Positions 45,823 to 56,805 of a DNA stretch of 64,000 nucleotides are shown piece by piece. Source of the DNA: an uncultured Bacteroidales bacterium (GTDB taxonomy: Bacteria; Bacteroidota; Bacteroidia; Bacteroidales; UBA4417). The notes below the pieces were generated by a model. The model saw only the letters and a list, made by a program, of their open reading frames with translations, did no database searches and was not told where the DNA came from. Each line of letters begins with the position of its first letter. Position 1 is the stretch's first letter. Position numbers and translations under genes: made by a program. The DNA lies in assembly GCA_903879715.1 (NCBI GenBank), contig CAIRMR010000154.1:21376-85375 (forward strand). The letters are read 5' to 3'.

Positions 45823-47976
45823 ATGAAAATCAGAAAAACAAAACCGGAAAAATTAATCCCGACCACTGACGGATCAGGAATGAAACGAAGAAGTTTTGTT
45901 CGGCTTTTGGGAGGCGGGCTATTCGTTTTTTTCAATTCATGGACTTTCCCTGACCTGTTTGGCGGCACACCTGAACAAGGCAGGAGCCTGCCCAAAGACT
46001 ATAATGCTTTCCTACGGATAGCTGAAGACGGAACGGTTACCTGTTACACAGGGAAAATTGAAATGGGACAGGGCATTATAACTTCGCTGGCACAGATGAT
46101 GGCCGATGAACTTAATGTGCAGTTTGAAAAAGTAAAAATGGTGCTGGGCGATACCGACCTTTGTCCATGGGACCAGGGAACATGGGGTTCGCTGAGTACC
46201 AGGTCATTCGGTCCGAATATGAGAGCTGCAGCAGCTGAAGCCAGAGGCGTGCTTTTCAGTCTGGCTTCCGACAAACTGGGTGTACCCGTTACTCAACTCG
46301 AAGTGAAGGAAGGAATAATAACTGATACCAAAAACACTTCCAATTCGGTTAGCTATGCAGAACTCACAAAAGGGCAAAAGATTGAAAAATACCTCGACGT
46401 GAAACCTGCAGTCGAGGATTTTACAAAGTTTACTTATGTCGGGAAATCATACAACCATGCGGATGCAATTCTGAAAGTTACAGGCGAAGCAAAATATACC
46501 GGCGATCTGAAATTGCCGGGAATGGTTTTTGCCCGCATATTGCGTCCGCCTTCACATGGCGCAAAACTTAAATCTGTTGATTATTCGGCAGCAGAAAAAA
46601 TAACCGGAATTAAAGTAATCCGCGATGGCGACCTGATTGCAGTACTTCATGAAGATCGTGAAAGAGCCGACCAGGCCATTGTAAAAATTGAGGCGGAATA
46701 TTCCTTCAACGAAATGCCGGTGAACGATAAAACTATTTTCGAATGGATGCTCAAGGCTGATTCAGGCTCCAATGAAATAAGGTCAGGCGGGAATCTTGAG
46801 ACAGGAATAAAACTTTCGGAAAAAATAATTGAATCTGAGTTTCTTGATCCTTACCTGGCACATACCGCTATTGAAACACACTCTGCCCTTGCACATCTTG
46901 ATGGTGATAAAATGACGGTGTGGGCATCTACCCAATCGCCTTTTGGTTTGCAGGAAGCTATTGCCGGCGAACTTGGATTTAAGCTTGAGAAGGTAAGAGT
47001 TATAACACCTTTTGTTGGCGGTGGTTTTGGAGGAAAAGGTGCAGCTCAACAAGGTATTGAGGCAGCCAGGCTTGCAAAGCTGGCCGGTAAACCTGTAATG
47101 CTGATCTGGACCCGTGACGAAGAGTTTTTTTACGATACGTTCCATCCTGCCGGAGTGATAAAGATTAAATCGGGTATGGATAAAAATGGCGCTATAAAAC
47201 TTTGGGATTATGCTATTTATTATGGAGGCACCCGTGGATCTGAAACCATTTATGATGTTCCGAATGTAAAAGCAACCCATTACAGGCAGAACAGGAATGC
47301 GCCAGCTGTTCATCCGTTTGGCACAGGAGCGTGGCGGGCGCCGAATGCAAATTCAAATACATTTGCCAGGGAAGTGCAGATCGACATTATGGCAGCAGAA
47401 GCCGGAATTGATCCGCTAGAATTCAGGTTAAAGAACCTGAAAGATGAAAAGATGATTGCCTGTCTGAAAGCGGTAGCTGATAAATTCGGGTATGTTGCAG
47501 GTAAAATTCCGGGTGGAAGAGGAATTGGCATTGCCTGCGGAACTGATGCCGGAACCTGGGTGGCACATATGGCTGAAGTAAAGGTTGATAAAAGTACAGG
47601 AAACGTTGAGGTTGTCAGGATTGTCTGCGCCCAGGATATGGGCCTGTGTGTGAATCCCGAAGGAGCGACCATTCAGATGGAAGGCTGTATTACCATGGGT
47701 CTTGGATATACTTTTACGGAGGAACTGCTTTTTGAAGGTGGCAATATTAAAAACCGCAGTTTCGACTCCTATGAAATTCCGCATTTCTCCTCACTACCGA
47801 AAATTGAAACTTTAATACTCGACCGGAAAGATCAGGCTCCGCAAGGAGGTGGCGAACCAGCGATTATTGCAGTTGGTGCCGTGATTGACAATGCAATTTT
47901 TGATGCTACAGGAGCCAGGTTATATCGTATGCCGATGACACCGGAGAGAGTGCTTGAAGCATTGAAGAAAGTGTAA
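45823..47976 (+). CDS. Molybdopterin-binding large subunit (xanthine dehydrogenase family, IorB-like) with Tat-type signal
   Basis: 717 aa with a twin-Arg motif (KRRSFVRLLGGG) and aldehyde oxidase/XDH a/b hammerhead and MoCo-binding-like regions (GGGFGGKG). Confidence 0.85.
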   Translation: MKIRKTKPEKLIPTTDGSGMKRRSFVRLLGGGLFVFFNSWTFPDLFGGTPEQGRSLPKDYNAFLRIAEDGTVTCYTGKIEMGQGIITSLAQMMADELNVQFEKVKMVLGDTDLCPWDQGTWGSLSTRSFGPNMRAAAAEARGVLFSLASDKLGVPVTQLEVKEGIITDTKNTSNSVSYAELTKGQKIEKYLDVKPAVEDFTKFTYVGKSYNHADAILKVTGEAKYTGDLKLPGMVFARILRPPSHGAKLKSVDYSAAEKITGIKVIRDGDLIAVLHEDRERADQAIVKIEAEYSFNEMPVNDKTIFEWMLKADSGSNEIRSGGNLETGIKLSEKIIESEFLDPYLAHTAIETHSALAHLDGDKMTVWASTQSPFGLQEAIAGELGFKLEKVRVITPFVGGGFGGKGAAQQGIEAARLAKLAGKPVMLIWTRDEEFFYDTFHPAGVIKIKSGMDKNGAIKLWDYAIYYGGTRGSETIYDVPNVKATHYRQNRNAPAVHPFGTGAWRAPNANSNTFAREVQIDIMAAEAGIDPLEFRLKNLKDEKMIACLKAVADKFGYVAGKIPGGRGIGIACGTDAGTWVAHMAEVKVDKSTGNVEVVRIVCAQDMGLCVNPEGATIQMEGCITMGLGYTFTEELLFEGGNIKNRSFDSYEIPHFSSLPKIETLILDRKDQAPQGGGEPAIIAVGAVIDNAIFDATGARLYRMPMTPERVLEALKKV

Positions 47977-48032
47977 AGACTCATATAGAAAAGTGTAAAT
48001 TCTGTTAAAAAAGATTTAAAGAAAAACCTTGC

Positions 48033-49553
48033 TCACAATGGTTTATGTTTTTTTAATGGAAATCCCCGGTAAAGTTTCTCCATCTGAACAATCTTTTGTT
48101 TTATTATCGATGACCTCACGGGACTGTAACCTAGTATCAAACCCTGCATTTTGGTTTCACCAACAAAACATTTGCTATAAGCATGAGTAATAATATTGTT
48201 TTTTGCAAAATGTGATACCAGGTCCGTATCCTTTGTACATTTTCCGAGTTCTGTAAGCGCATGAAGACTACGGGTCTGACTTTGGATGAGAGTAAGTGAC
48301 CCTCCAAAACACTCTTCAAAAGTATCAAAAAACATCTTCTGTCTTCCTTCAGCTATTTCTATTACTTTTTTAATATGGTTGTACAAGTAATTCCGTTCAA
48401 TAAACTGGCTCAGAACAACCTGTATCGACGATGGCACAAAACGATGAGAATGTTTAAGCAGGGCTTCAACAGCATCAAGTAAATAGTAAGGAACTACCAT
48501 GTAACCAACCCGGATGGAGGGGTGGAGCAAGCGGTTAAAAGTTCCTAAAAATATGGTTCGCTGCTCTTTATCCAAAGCAAACAGCGACGGGACGAAATCC
48601 CTGTAATTATTTACCTCGTGTTCGTAATCATTTTCAATGAGTATTGATTTGTGCTTGTTTGCCCATTCAAGCAACTCCAGTCTGCGGGTAAGGCTCATCC
48701 GTATCCCCGTAGGATAATGGCTGGAAGGAGTTGTGTGTACCAGTTTGGAATTAATATGACCCGGTTCTGTCATGTCACCTACCCTAATTCCCTGCTCATC
48801 AATGCCTACAGCCTGAATTTCGGCTCGTAAACCCTTAAAGATTGAAAGCACATTTGGGAATGTCGGATTTTCCATGCTCATATAATCTCCCGGATTCAGC
48901 ACTACATTTCCTATCAGGAATAAAGACTGTAAAGAGCCGGAAACAATAATTATCTGACGGGGATCGCACTTTATATTCCGGCTGAAATTAAGGTAACTGG
49001 CAAGTGTTTTTTTCAATTGTTCGGTGCCCGATGATGCAGAATACGTCAAGGCTGACGCTTTTATGTTACGCCAATAGAGATTGGATAAATTTTTCCACTG
49101 GTTTACCGGGAAAATATCAAGAGGCGGCAAACCTGGTCTGAAAGCAATGCCTGCATCATCTGTAGTATTTATCAGTGTTATGTTTTTCTGAAATGACTTT
49201 CCTGTATCTGATAAATCCGGATACATAAATTCGCTGTGACTTTCAGGGCTGGTTAAAACTAAATCCGGAACTATTCCTTTAACCTTGTGCCCCGAACCAA
49301 CCAGTGCTTCCAGATAGCCTTCCATCGTAAGTAGCTCATATGCCTTGATAATGGAACTTCGCGAAACTTTTAATTCATTCGACAGTGCCCGGGTCGAGGG
49401 AAGAATACTGGCTTCCGGAATATCATTATCCTGAATGGAGTCCTTTATGAGCGTATAAATTCTCTGATACAGAACCTGGGTATTTTTTTTCGACTTATGC
49501 CGTAAATTCTTTTCTTCAAACCTTTGGGAAATCCTGCTTAATAAAGTTTCCAT
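48033..49553 (-). CDS. MocR/PdxR-type regulator (GntR wHTH fused to a fold-type-I aminotransferase-like domain)
   Basis: N-terminal GntR HTH (LPSTRALSNELKVSRSSIIKAYELL) plus a ~400-aa AAT-like domain. I prefer the ATG at 49553 (METLLSRI). Confidence 0.85.
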   Translation of the reverse strand: METLLSRISQRFEEKNLRHKSKKNTQVLYQRIYTLIKDSIQDNDIPEASILPSTRALSNELKVSRSSIIKAYELLTMEGYLEALVGSGHKVKGIVPDLVLTSPESHSEFMYPDLSDTGKSFQKNITLINTTDDAGIAFRPGLPPLDIFPVNQWKNLSNLYWRNIKASALTYSASSGTEQLKKTLASYLNFSRNIKCDPRQIIIVSGSLQSLFLIGNVVLNPGDYMSMENPTFPNVLSIFKGLRAEIQAVGIDEQGIRVGDMTEPGHINSKLVHTTPSSHYPTGIRMSLTRRLELLEWANKHKSILIENDYEHEVNNYRDFVPSLFALDKEQRTIFLGTFNRLLHPSIRVGYMVVPYYLLDAVEALLKHSHRFVPSSIQVVLSQFIERNYLYNHIKKVIEIAEGRQKMFFDTFEECFGGSLTLIQSQTRSLHALTELGKCTKDTDLVSHFAKNNIITHAYSKCFVGETKMQGLILGYSPVRSSIIKQKIVQMEKLYRGFPLKKHKPL

Positions 49554-49664
49554 ATTGGTATGCATAAATAAATATAATTGGTATGGCAAATATGAGAAGA
49601 AAGCAACTTACTTTGACATATATAAAATCAGAGATATGATTTTAATTTCATTGAGACGACTCTT

Positions 49665-51029
49665 ATGCTTTTAGCCGGAACAATTATCAGCGTATTGTTT
49701 ATTGCTATTGTGGCGTACTTATTTTACAATAAGTACAATCCACAGGCGGTATTGCTGTTCAGCGGATTGCTGATGATGGCTTTTGCAGAATTTTCAGGTT
49801 TTAGTTTGCCGGATTTAAAAGAACCTACCGGATTAAAATTTTTGGATGTTTTTGAGATCATTAAAGAGGCGCTCAGCAATAAAGGCGCTGATGTCGGACT
49901 TATGATCATGACAATTGGAGGCTATGTGGCTTATATGAAAAAAATCGGGGCAAGCGAAACCCTCGTTTATCTTTCGATGAAGCCACTTTCTGTGTTTAAA
50001 AAACATCCCTATCTTTTAGCATCCTTAGTTATTCCTGTCGGACAGCTTTTGTTTATTACAACGCCTTCAGCTACGGGCTTGGGACTTCTTTTAGTAGCTT
50101 CAATATTCCCGGTTCTGGTAAGTTTGGGAGTAAGTAAAACATCGGCTGTTTCAGTGATTACGGCTTGTACCGTTTTCGATATGGGCCCTTCATCAGCTAA
50201 TACAGCCCGAGCATCTGAATTAATCGGGAAGTCAAACATCCAGTACTTTATCGAAAATCAACTTCCCCTGGCTATTCCCCTGACTATTCTGATGGCCACA
50301 GTTTATTTTTTCGTGAACCGGTATTACGACAAAAAAGAAGGCCATATTCCCGAAAAAGTCGATATGACCACGCTAAAACAAAGTGCTCCGCTTATTTACG
50401 GCATTCTTCCAATCCTTCCGTTGATATTATTAATCGTTTTCTCCAAATTTTTTACATTTTTCAATCCACCCATAAATTTAGATACCACAACAGCTATGAT
50501 TTTTTCATTGTTTGTTGCCCTGATATTTGAAATGATCCGGAAAAGAAATGTAAAGGATGTATTTGCTTCACTTAAAGTTTTCTGGGAAGCCATGGGGAAG
50601 GTTTTTGCTTCGGTCATAACGCTCATCATTTCTGCTGAGGTTTTTTCATACGGTCTTATCAGTCTTGGATTTATTAATAGTCTCGTTTCCATTTCCCAGG
50701 ATTTTGGCTTTGGCGCAGTGGGAATCGGAATAGTTATGACTTTAATGATTTTCGGAGCATCCATGCTTATGGGAAGCGGTAACGCATCGTTTTTCTCATT
50801 TGGCCCTTTGGTGCCCGGAATTGCTTTGAAGATGGGCGTTGACAGTGCCGGGATAATCCTGCCGATGCAACTGGCATCGAGCCTGGGACGTGCCACATCA
50901 CCTATTGCCGGTGTAGTAATTGCCACTGCCGAAATTGCCGGAATTACTCCCTACCAGGTAGCAAAACGGAATCTTATACCATTGACTACCGTCCTGATTG
51001 CGATGCTCATTTATCACTTTATACTATAA
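49665..51029 (+). CDS. dcuC: DcuC-family anaerobic C4-dicarboxylate carrier-like transporter
   Basis: 454 aa polytopic protein. The segments GADVGLMIMTIGGYVAYMKKIGAS and SATGLGLLLVASIFPVLVSLGVS resemble E. coli DcuC as I recall it. Confidence 0.7.
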   Translation: MLLAGTIISVLFIAIVAYLFYNKYNPQAVLLFSGLLMMAFAEFSGFSLPDLKEPTGLKFLDVFEIIKEALSNKGADVGLMIMTIGGYVAYMKKIGASETLVYLSMKPLSVFKKHPYLLASLVIPVGQLLFITTPSATGLGLLLVASIFPVLVSLGVSKTSAVSVITACTVFDMGPSSANTARASELIGKSNIQYFIENQLPLAIPLTILMATVYFFVNRYYDKKEGHIPEKVDMTTLKQSAPLIYGILPILPLILLIVFSKFFTFFNPPINLDTTTAMIFSLFVALIFEMIRKRNVKDVFASLKVFWEAMGKVFASVITLIISAEVFSYGLISLGFINSLVSISQDFGFGAVGIGIVMTLMIFGASMLMGSGNASFFSFGPLVPGIALKMGVDSAGIILPMQLASSLGRATSPIAGVVIATAEIAGITPYQVAKRNLIPLTTVLIAMLIYHFIL

Positions 51030-51040
51030 CATCACTCTTT

Positions 51041-52180
51041 ATGGTGAAAATAATTAAAAATGCTGAAGTCTACTCTCCTGAATACCTGGGGAGAAAGGAC
51101 ATACTTATTGGAGGAGAAAAAATTCTTGCCATCGGGGATAATATTGAAATGAATTTAAAAGCTGTCACGCTGATTGATGCACAGGGGAAAATAGTAACTC
51201 CCGGACTTATCGACCAGCATATTCATTTAACAGGCGCCGGCGGGAAGCATGCTTTTTCGTCGATGACACCCGAAATAAGTGTTTGCGAACTCATACAGTG
51301 CGGCACAACTACTGTTATGGGAATGCTTGGAACCGATGGAATAACAAGATCGCTCCAGGGATTATATGCCAAGGTAAAAGGCCTGGAGCAGGAAGGCATC
51401 AGCGCCTATATGCTCACCGGTTACTTTGGATATCCTACATCCACCATGCTGGATAGCGTGCTTGAAGATATAGTTTTTATCGACAAAGTAATTGGATGCA
51501 AAACAGCGATCAGTGACGAGCGGGCTTCATTTCCAACCGAAAACGAACTATTAAAATTGTTGCGTCAGGTTCATGTTGGCGGATTAACATCAGGTAAAGG
51601 CGGTATTTTACATATTCACCTGGGAGCACTGGAAAGCCGCATGGATATTTTGCTCGACCTGGTTAAAAAAGACCATTTTCCTATCCGGCATATTTCACCA
51701 ACCCATGTCGGACGTACAAAAGCGCTTTTTGAACAAGCCATTGAGTTTGCCAAACTAGGAGGGATGATAGATATCTCCACGGGCGGCACACAATACGATT
51801 TACCCTACAAGCAAGTATTATACGCTCTCGAAAAGGGTGTAGCTATAGAAAATATGACATTCAGCAGCGATGGAAATGCAGGTATGGCTAAGAGAGATGA
51901 AAATGGAAACATTATTCGGCTCTATAAAGCACCCGTTGATCTTAACCTAAAACAGGTTATCCTCTTAATCGAGGAAGCAGGGATGTCAATAAGCGATGCC
52001 TTCAAATTAATTACTACCAATCCAGCCCGGAATCTTTCTTTATCTCACAAAGGGAAAATAGCCACTGGTTTTGACGCAGATTTATGCTTTTTCGACCCGC
52101 AGTTCAATCTCACCGATGTGATTTCGAGAGGCAATATAATGATGAAAGATAGCGAAATAGTTAAGACTAATCACTACTAG
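51041..52180 (+). CDS. iadA: Isoaspartyl (beta-aspartyl) dipeptidase
   Basis: 379 aa amidohydrolase fold with a PGLIDQHIHLTGAGG metal motif and IadA-like length. No signal peptide. Confidence 0.8.
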   Translation: MVKIIKNAEVYSPEYLGRKDILIGGEKILAIGDNIEMNLKAVTLIDAQGKIVTPGLIDQHIHLTGAGGKHAFSSMTPEISVCELIQCGTTTVMGMLGTDGITRSLQGLYAKVKGLEQEGISAYMLTGYFGYPTSTMLDSVLEDIVFIDKVIGCKTAISDERASFPTENELLKLLRQVHVGGLTSGKGGILHIHLGALESRMDILLDLVKKDHFPIRHISPTHVGRTKALFEQAIEFAKLGGMIDISTGGTQYDLPYKQVLYALEKGVAIENMTFSSDGNAGMAKRDENGNIIRLYKAPVDLNLKQVILLIEEAGMSISDAFKLITTNPARNLSLSHKGKIATGFDADLCFFDPQFNLTDVISRGNIMMKDSEIVKTNHY

Positions 52181-52182
52181 AA

Positions 52183-53745
52183 ATGAAATGTAAGAGCTAC
52201 ATAATCTGTATCGCACTATTTCTGTTACTGGATAGCTTTCCTGCATTTTCGCAATTGCAGCCGGTAGAACTTGAGTCAAAATTTTTTGCTGATCCCGATG
52301 TAGAAATAACGACTCCTGGTTTTAGCAAAACTAAAGAGTTTATGAACTACAGTGAAATGATGAATTACATACAGCTGCAGGTAGATAAACGAAGTGATAT
52401 TGCAAAGATTGTGTTTATCGGAGAGAGCATGTCAGGCAAAAAAATCCCGCTTGTAGTATTGGGAAATGAATCGGAAGATTCAAAAGTAAAAATCTGGATG
52501 CAGGGCGGATTGCACGGCAATGAACCGGCCGGAACAGAAAGTATACTGATGTTCATCAATCAGTTAGTTGAGGCTAAAAACATTGATTCCATTCTCAAAT
52601 CCATCAGTTTTGCTTTTGTTCCGATGGCTAATATTGATGGGTATGAAAAACAAGTCCGGGATAATGGAAATAAAGCTGATTTAAACCGCGATCAGGTTAC
52701 ACTGGAACAACAGGAGTCAATTTGTTTGAAGCAGGCTTTTTCTGATTTTTCGCCAGCCGTTGCAATCGATTTTCACGAATTCAGACCTTTCAGAAAAGAG
52801 CTTGAGAAATTCACAACCAATAAGTTATGCATTGCCCAGGATGTGCTTTTTCTTCCGAGCAGCAACCTGAATATTCCCGTACAATTACGTGATCTCACTA
52901 ACTTAGTTTATCTGAATGATGTTAAAAAGAAACTTGGAAACAACAATATCACTTTTGATAACTATTTTGTTCCGGATCAGGATAACAATAAAGTAAATGT
53001 TTTGCGTATGGGTGGCGACAGTCCCCGATCCAGCTCAACCTCTTTTGGCTTAACCAACGCTGTTTCAATACTTTTCGAAATAAGAGGAATTGGGCTGGAA
53101 AGAAATTCCTATAAACGCAGAGTTTATTCCGGGTATCTTATTGCTCAAAGTATCCTGGAAACAACTCTAAAGAACAAGGAATCTGTGTTGAAAATAGTCA
53201 CCGCTTCCATTAATGAAACCCTAAAAAGGACAGATCCGATTGTACTTGATTCAAAGCCATTTGTATACCAGGGAAGTATGAAATTTATTGATGTCAAAAA
53301 CCTTAAAAACATTTCACTGGATCTGCAAATCCAGGATGCAGGCCGTTCCCAATCAGTATCAACCAGAAAAAGGCCGAAAGCATATCTGTTGCTGGCTGAG
53401 AATGCCCCGCTAGTGAAAAAGCTTCAGATCCTTGGTCTTGACGTTGATACCTTGACAGAGGAGTTAAAAATAAAAGCGGAGGTTTTTACAATTGAAACTA
53501 CCAATAATAAACCGGGTTTATTTGCTGATACATCCATCTGTATTTCAGTTCAAACCAGGGTATTTTCAAAAGGTAGTTTTGTGATCAGTACGGCACAGAA
53601 AAATGCGAACCTGGCGGTTTCAACCCTGGAGCCGGAAATGGAAAATGGGTTTTTCAGGTATAAAATGATCAAGGCAAATTCCGGAGGTGAAATCCCGGTC
53701 TACCGGTTACTGAAAGACGTAAAGCCAGGAAAAAGAATTAAATAA
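52183..53745 (+). CDS. Secreted M14-family zinc carboxypeptidase
   Basis: 520 aa with a signal peptide, the zinc ligand motif GGLHGNEPAG (HxxE) and a downstream IDFHEF. Confidence 0.8.
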   Translation: MKCKSYIICIALFLLLDSFPAFSQLQPVELESKFFADPDVEITTPGFSKTKEFMNYSEMMNYIQLQVDKRSDIAKIVFIGESMSGKKIPLVVLGNESEDSKVKIWMQGGLHGNEPAGTESILMFINQLVEAKNIDSILKSISFAFVPMANIDGYEKQVRDNGNKADLNRDQVTLEQQESICLKQAFSDFSPAVAIDFHEFRPFRKELEKFTTNKLCIAQDVLFLPSSNLNIPVQLRDLTNLVYLNDVKKKLGNNNITFDNYFVPDQDNNKVNVLRMGGDSPRSSSTSFGLTNAVSILFEIRGIGLERNSYKRRVYSGYLIAQSILETTLKNKESVLKIVTASINETLKRTDPIVLDSKPFVYQGSMKFIDVKNLKNISLDLQIQDAGRSQSVSTRKRPKAYLLLAENAPLVKKLQILGLDVDTLTEELKIKAEVFTIETTNNKPGLFADTSICISVQTRVFSKGSFVISTAQKNANLAVSTLEPEMENGFFRYKMIKANSGGEIPVYRLLKDVKPGKRIK

Positions 53746-53775
53746 GCAGTCATCAATTTTAAAAATTGAAAAGTT

Positions 53776-56700
53776 ATGAAAAGTAAAATCACAAATTTGC
53801 TGTTATTTACAAGGTTAAGTTTCCTGCTTTGGATACTTACAACAGCACAGGCATTTGCAGCGCCGGCTTTGGAACAGGAGAATAAAAGCAATGCTTATCA
53901 GCAAGAAATAACCGGCACAGTAACGGACGCAACTACAGGTGAATCTATGCCTGGCGTTAGCATAGCTGTAAAAGGCACTTCGTTGGGTACCATAACCGAT
54001 ATAAATGGTAAATTTTCACTGAAAGTCAGCGATGAAAATGCCATTCTGAAATTTTCATTCATAGGGTATATTCCACAGGAAGTAGCAGTAAAAGGCAGAT
54101 CCGTAATCAATGTGGCATTGCTACAGGATGCCGCTAGTCTTGAAGGAGTAATTGTAGTTGGATATGGGGTTCAAAAAAAGAGCGATGTTACAGGTTCTGT
54201 AGTTTCTGTAAATATGGAAAAACTTGCTGAAAGGCCAAGCACCAATATTGTTCAGGCTTTACAAGGCAGCATGGCAGGATTAAGTGTTTCTGTAAATGGC
54301 TCAAGTGCCGACGGCACATCAACCAGCATGTTAATCCGGGGTCAGAATTCAATAACAGCATCAAATAATCCTTTAATAATTTTAGACGGTGTTCCTTTCA
54401 ATGGATCGATGACTGAAATAAATCCAAATGATATTGAATCGCTGGAAGTATTAAAAGATGCTTCTTCAGCAGCCATTTACGGAGCGAGAGGGTCAAATGG
54501 CGTTATTCTGATCACCACTAAAATAGGAAAAAAGGGTAAGCCAAAAGTATCGTACGATACCTATTATGGACTCGATCAGATATCGTATATCCCTACACTG
54601 ATGGATGGATCAACTTTTTATATGCGCAAAGCAGAATATGGCGAATCATTTACCAATATCGAACAAACAAATTATGACGCGGGTAAATACACTAACTGGA
54701 TTGAGGAAGCAACCAGAACCGGGTATAAAAGTCAGCATAATTTATCAGTCAGCGGCGCCAATGACGTAACCCGGTATTTTGTTTCAGGCTCACTGAATAA
54801 TGTTAAAGGCATAGCAAAAAATGATGATTTCAAGCGGTATACGCTTCGTGTAAATATAGATATACAACTGGCAAAATGGGCAAAATTCGGAACTAATACT
54901 TCCCTCGGATATTATGACAGAAGTGGTGTGCAAGCAGATTTTTATGATGCGTTCCGTATGAGCCCACTCGGGAATGCATACAACGAAGATGGAACCATTG
55001 CCATGCTTACCTGGGAAGATCCTTTTTATGCAATAAATCCGCTCAATGCACTGAATTATATCAACAGCGATAAAACAAAAAGCATAAATACCAATAATTA
55101 TCTGCAGATTGATTTCCCTTTTATTAAAGGTTTATCCTACAAACTAAATACTGGTTATGAGTACCGCACCTGGATAACACAAACTTACGCAGGTCGCAAT
55201 ACTTACGAAGGAAGTCAAAGCAACGGGAAGCTTGAGTTATCAAGTCAGTTTGATGAGAACTGGCTGGTCGAAAATATTCTGAGCTACAACAATACCTTCG
55301 GAAAGCATTCTGTTTTCCTTACTGGTTTATATAGCGCCCAGAACGATAAAAGAGAAATAAACACCACACAGGGATTAGATTTCCCAAGTGATGTATTAAC
55401 TTATTACCAGCCTGATAAAGCAATGACAACTCAGTCAAATGCGGTTTATCGTGAATCATCACATTTATCGCAGATGTTCAGGGCAAATTACAGCTATAAC
55501 AGCCGTTACCTTTTTACCTTTACAGTTCGTCATGATGGATATTCAGCATTTGGTGACGATACAAAATATGGCACTTTCCCTTCCTTTGCTGTAGGTTGGA
55601 ACATTACAAACGAGAATTTTATCAAATCCATTACCAGACTTGAATTTGTTAACACTCTGAAATTAAGACTCTCCTATGGTTCAAACGGGAACGAAGCAAT
55701 CAGTCCTTATTCCACTTTGCCTAGTCTTTCATCCTTAGATTATCTGACTCCTGATTTTAAACCTGCATTTGGTTTTTACCCTCAGAAACTTGGAAATCCT
55801 TTATTGGGATGGGAAACTACCAAATCATTCAACACCGGACTTGATTTTGGCTTGTGGAATAACCGTGTAAGCGGACTACTCGAAATGTACTGGTCAAGAA
55901 CTTCGGATTTATTGCTCGACAAAACCATTTCACCTATAAACGGAGATACGTATATCAGAGAGAATATAGGTGAAACAAAAAATAACGGAATTGAATTTCA
56001 GGTTAGTACCGTTAACATCAGTAAAACCAATTTCACCTGGAAAACGGATTTAAACATTTCGCATAATCAGACAAAAATCATAAACGTAGGACTTACGGAT
56101 GAAAACGGCAACTATATTGATGATATTGCCAGCGAATGGTTTATTGGCCAACCTATTCAAGTGAATTACGACTATGTTTATGATGGTATCTGGCAAACAG
56201 GTGATGATATAGCCAATAGTGCGCAACCCACTGCTATGCCTGGTTATATAAAATATAAAGATTTAAATGGCGACAGCCTTATTACTACAGCTGATAAGCA
56301 GATAATTGGTTCACGTGATCCGTTAATTGTAGTTGGCATGACAAATACCTTCACATATAAAAATTTCAGATTAAGTTTTCTGATCAATGCTGTTCAGGGC
56401 ATTACTTACCGGAATCTTTTATATGGAACCGGGCAGGTTTCCTTCAGGATAAACTCCTATGATAAAAATTTCTGGTCGCCAACCAATCCTACCAATGATT
56501 ACCCTGCAAATGTGGATGGCAACGTAAATCCGCTGAGTATGGATTTTTATGAAGATGCCAGTTTTATACGACTTCAGGATATAACATTTGGCTACCGGTT
56601 ACCGGAGAGTTTGATTAAGAAAATTTCGATCAGCAACGCCGAAATTTTTATCAACTTAAAAAACATGGCTACCTGGACAAAATGGACAGGTCTGGATCCT

Positions 56701-56787
56701 GAATTTTTATCCATAGCTCCTGTAAATCAGCAAAGGGCCGCACCGCAGATAAAGAGTTACATTATCGGAGCAAAATTCAGTTTTTAA
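53776..56787 (+). CDS. SusC/RagA-family TonB-linked outer membrane transporter
   Basis: 1003 aa with a CarbopepD_reg domain (ITGTVTDATTGESMPGVSIAVKGT), the SusC plug signature (VVGYGVQKKSDVTGSV), and a C-terminal F. Confidence 0.95.
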   Translation: MKSKITNLLLFTRLSFLLWILTTAQAFAAPALEQENKSNAYQQEITGTVTDATTGESMPGVSIAVKGTSLGTITDINGKFSLKVSDENAILKFSFIGYIPQEVAVKGRSVINVALLQDAASLEGVIVVGYGVQKKSDVTGSVVSVNMEKLAERPSTNIVQALQGSMAGLSVSVNGSSADGTSTSMLIRGQNSITASNNPLIILDGVPFNGSMTEINPNDIESLEVLKDASSAAIYGARGSNGVILITTKIGKKGKPKVSYDTYYGLDQISYIPTLMDGSTFYMRKAEYGESFTNIEQTNYDAGKYTNWIEEATRTGYKSQHNLSVSGANDVTRYFVSGSLNNVKGIAKNDDFKRYTLRVNIDIQLAKWAKFGTNTSLGYYDRSGVQADFYDAFRMSPLGNAYNEDGTIAMLTWEDPFYAINPLNALNYINSDKTKSINTNNYLQIDFPFIKGLSYKLNTGYEYRTWITQTYAGRNTYEGSQSNGKLELSSQFDENWLVENILSYNNTFGKHSVFLTGLYSAQNDKREINTTQGLDFPSDVLTYYQPDKAMTTQSNAVYRESSHLSQMFRANYSYNSRYLFTFTVRHDGYSAFGDDTKYGTFPSFAVGWNITNENFIKSITRLEFVNTLKLRLSYGSNGNEAISPYSTLPSLSSLDYLTPDFKPAFGFYPQKLGNPLLGWETTKSFNTGLDFGLWNNRVSGLLEMYWSRTSDLLLDKTISPINGDTYIRENIGETKNNGIEFQVSTVNISKTNFTWKTDLNISHNQTKIINVGLTDENGNYIDDIASEWFIGQPIQVNYDYVYDGIWQTGDDIANSAQPTAMPGYIKYKDLNGDSLITTADKQIIGSRDPLIVVGMTNTFTYKNFRLSFLINAVQGITYRNLLYGTGQVSFRINSYDKNFWSPTNPTNDYPANVDGNVNPLSMDFYEDASFIRLQDITFGYRLPESLIKKISISNAEIFINLKNMATWTKWTGLDPEFLSIAPVNQQRAAPQIKSYIIGAKFSF

Positions 56788-56805
56788 TCTTAAAAAGCGA
56801 CAATC